Of a DNA stretch of 64,000 bases, positions 62,661-64,000 are shown one piece after another. This DNA is from Trypanosoma brucei. Its lineage: Eukaryota. The stretch's first letter is position 1; each line of letters begins with the position of its first letter. The notes below the pieces were generated by a model that saw only the letters and a program-made list of their open reading frames with translations, had not been told where the DNA came from and ran no database searches. A program made the position numbers and the translations under genes. The stretch is from contig CM000207.1 in the NCBI GenBank assembly GCA_000002445.1, positions 736,001 to 800,000 on the forward strand, read 5' to 3'.

Positions 62661-64000
62661 TGAACCGGTGGCATTACGCCAAGTACGTTTTACTTATGTG
62701 TGTGTGTATGTGTGGGACAAAATCTCACTTCTCTCTTCTTTCAAATGCTGTATGTATGTAACAAATGTTTGTACAGTGTCTGTCCGCATTATCATGCGTT
62801 GTTCTCAGCGTGTTTCCCTTTGTTTTCTTTATCTTGAACATGTTTATTTTTCCTTTTCAACGTTTGAGACCTGTGAGAGCCGCAAATGGTTGGAGGGGCA
62901 TGTTTGTGTGTATTTACACTTTTGGTTGTCTTGTTTATGCTTACCGAGAGGTTTATGAGTCCTTCTGTAAGTTGATGATTGGTGTTTCTGCTTTTCCCCA
63001 TAATATCGTTTGCAGTGGATTCTTTAATCAAAACTGATCGGTGGGTTTCTTGTCTTAGTCAACTAATTCAATGTCCTTTTTTTGTTATTTTTACTGTATG
63101 TGCGTTATTATGTTTTTTCTTCGACTTGTGTACATTTACGAGTTCAGTATTGTTGTTACCATCATTTATTTTGTCTTAATTGCCTTGCTGGTGTTTTACT
63201 TATTTCTCCGGAGGAAGGGGAGTGGGACGGGAGGTGTTCGTAGGCTTCTCAGCGCAAACGGAAACGCAATTTGTGGGGTTTGAAGGGAGGTGTGTGTGTG
63301 GGGAGAGTATATATATGTAGATATATATATATATATATATATAGAAAACAAACTTCTCTCTTCTGTTAGAGGCAGTGCCCCTTCTTCGTCCCTTCGGGAT
63401 AAGAGCAGCGTGTGCAATAATGACATCTTGTTGTATCCGCGTGTGTCGAGGTGTGTGTGTTGAGGTGACGAAGGGTGAAGAAGAAAAGGAGGGGAAGTTT
63501 AGTTTGGTCGATGAAGTGTTGTGCGAGCACTCCTGATCCAAGTCAGTTGTGGGAAAGGAGTGAAGGGGCGGGGGGGGGAGTTGTTTGAGATTTTACTTCT
63601 CCGTTGCCTTAAACGATATTCATAGTAGTAGTAGCGTGCAGAGGAAGCTTCGCTGAGAGGAGCGACATCGCCACGCGTATACTGCGTTCATATTGCCGTA
63701 GTGAAACCGTGAAAGAGTCGACCGGAAGGTGTAAGAGAAGGATAGGGTGCCGGTCGTATTCGGATCTTGTATGGGGCCCCACATATCTTTTTTTGGTTGT
63801 GGTGGCTATGTCAAAAATTTGGGAAAGCTCTTTTTATTCTACGAGTTTTTCATTTCTACTCCTTTTTTTGTTCCTAACGTCAAGGTTGTATCGAAGTGGA
63901 AGTGGTTGAGCGGTCGATGCGTTGCCATAATCGTTGGGTTTGGTGCTAATTGGATTTACAAAGGGTAGTGAGGAAATAAGGCGTGCCGGTGCAGTGCGTT

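Overview
This window reads as core chromosomal DNA from a kinetoplastid, probably Trypanosoma brucei or a close relative. It is not prokaryotic, so I found no bacterial-style defence or mobile system, and I do not want to force one onto it. The basis for the organism call is seen in sequence: about 21 intron-less genes all sit on the + strand as one polycistronic unit, and the gene-free spacers are low-complexity, T-rich on the + strand and full of (TA)n and (GT)n microsatellites. It is supported by established knowledge: the layout matches the T. brucei chromosome 9 fatty acyl-CoA synthetase (ACS) locus; and one protein (30770-32179) has an N-terminal presequence plus a K-x-H-G nucleotidyltransferase motif with the lysine at residue 87, matching T. 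brucei RNA-editing ligase 1 (REL1, 469 aa). Main content, in order: a roughly 3.9 kb gene-free low-complexity leader containing a perfect 36 bp inverted repeat; a tandem array of four long-chain ACS genes at about 3.5 kb spacing, the last two and a half repeat units near-identical with a mosaic gene-conversion pattern, ending at a (GT)~29 microsatellite; three hypothetical proteins; a sideroflexin-like carrier; a 3.2 kb gene-free spacer; a WD/beta-propeller-like protein; REL1; a TBCK-like protein (kinase-like domain, TBC RabGAP domain, rhodanese-like domain); a Ddi1-like ubiquitin-like/retropepsin/UBA protein whose active-site motif reads D-C-G-A; an EF-hand-like protein; two hypotheticals; a signal-peptide Hsp70-superfamily protein of the Grp170/Hsp110 type; mitochondrial processing peptidase beta (HxxEH motif); a divergent ORC2-like protein; a small acidic ORF; a CCHC zinc-knuckle plus RRM protein; and an RS-rich small ORF. 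I did not detect tRNA, rRNA or spliced-leader RNA genes, retroelement ORFs, or any strand switch. All functional calls come from motif recognition by eye, with no database search. Start codons are simply the first in-frame ATG and several true starts are probably downstream.
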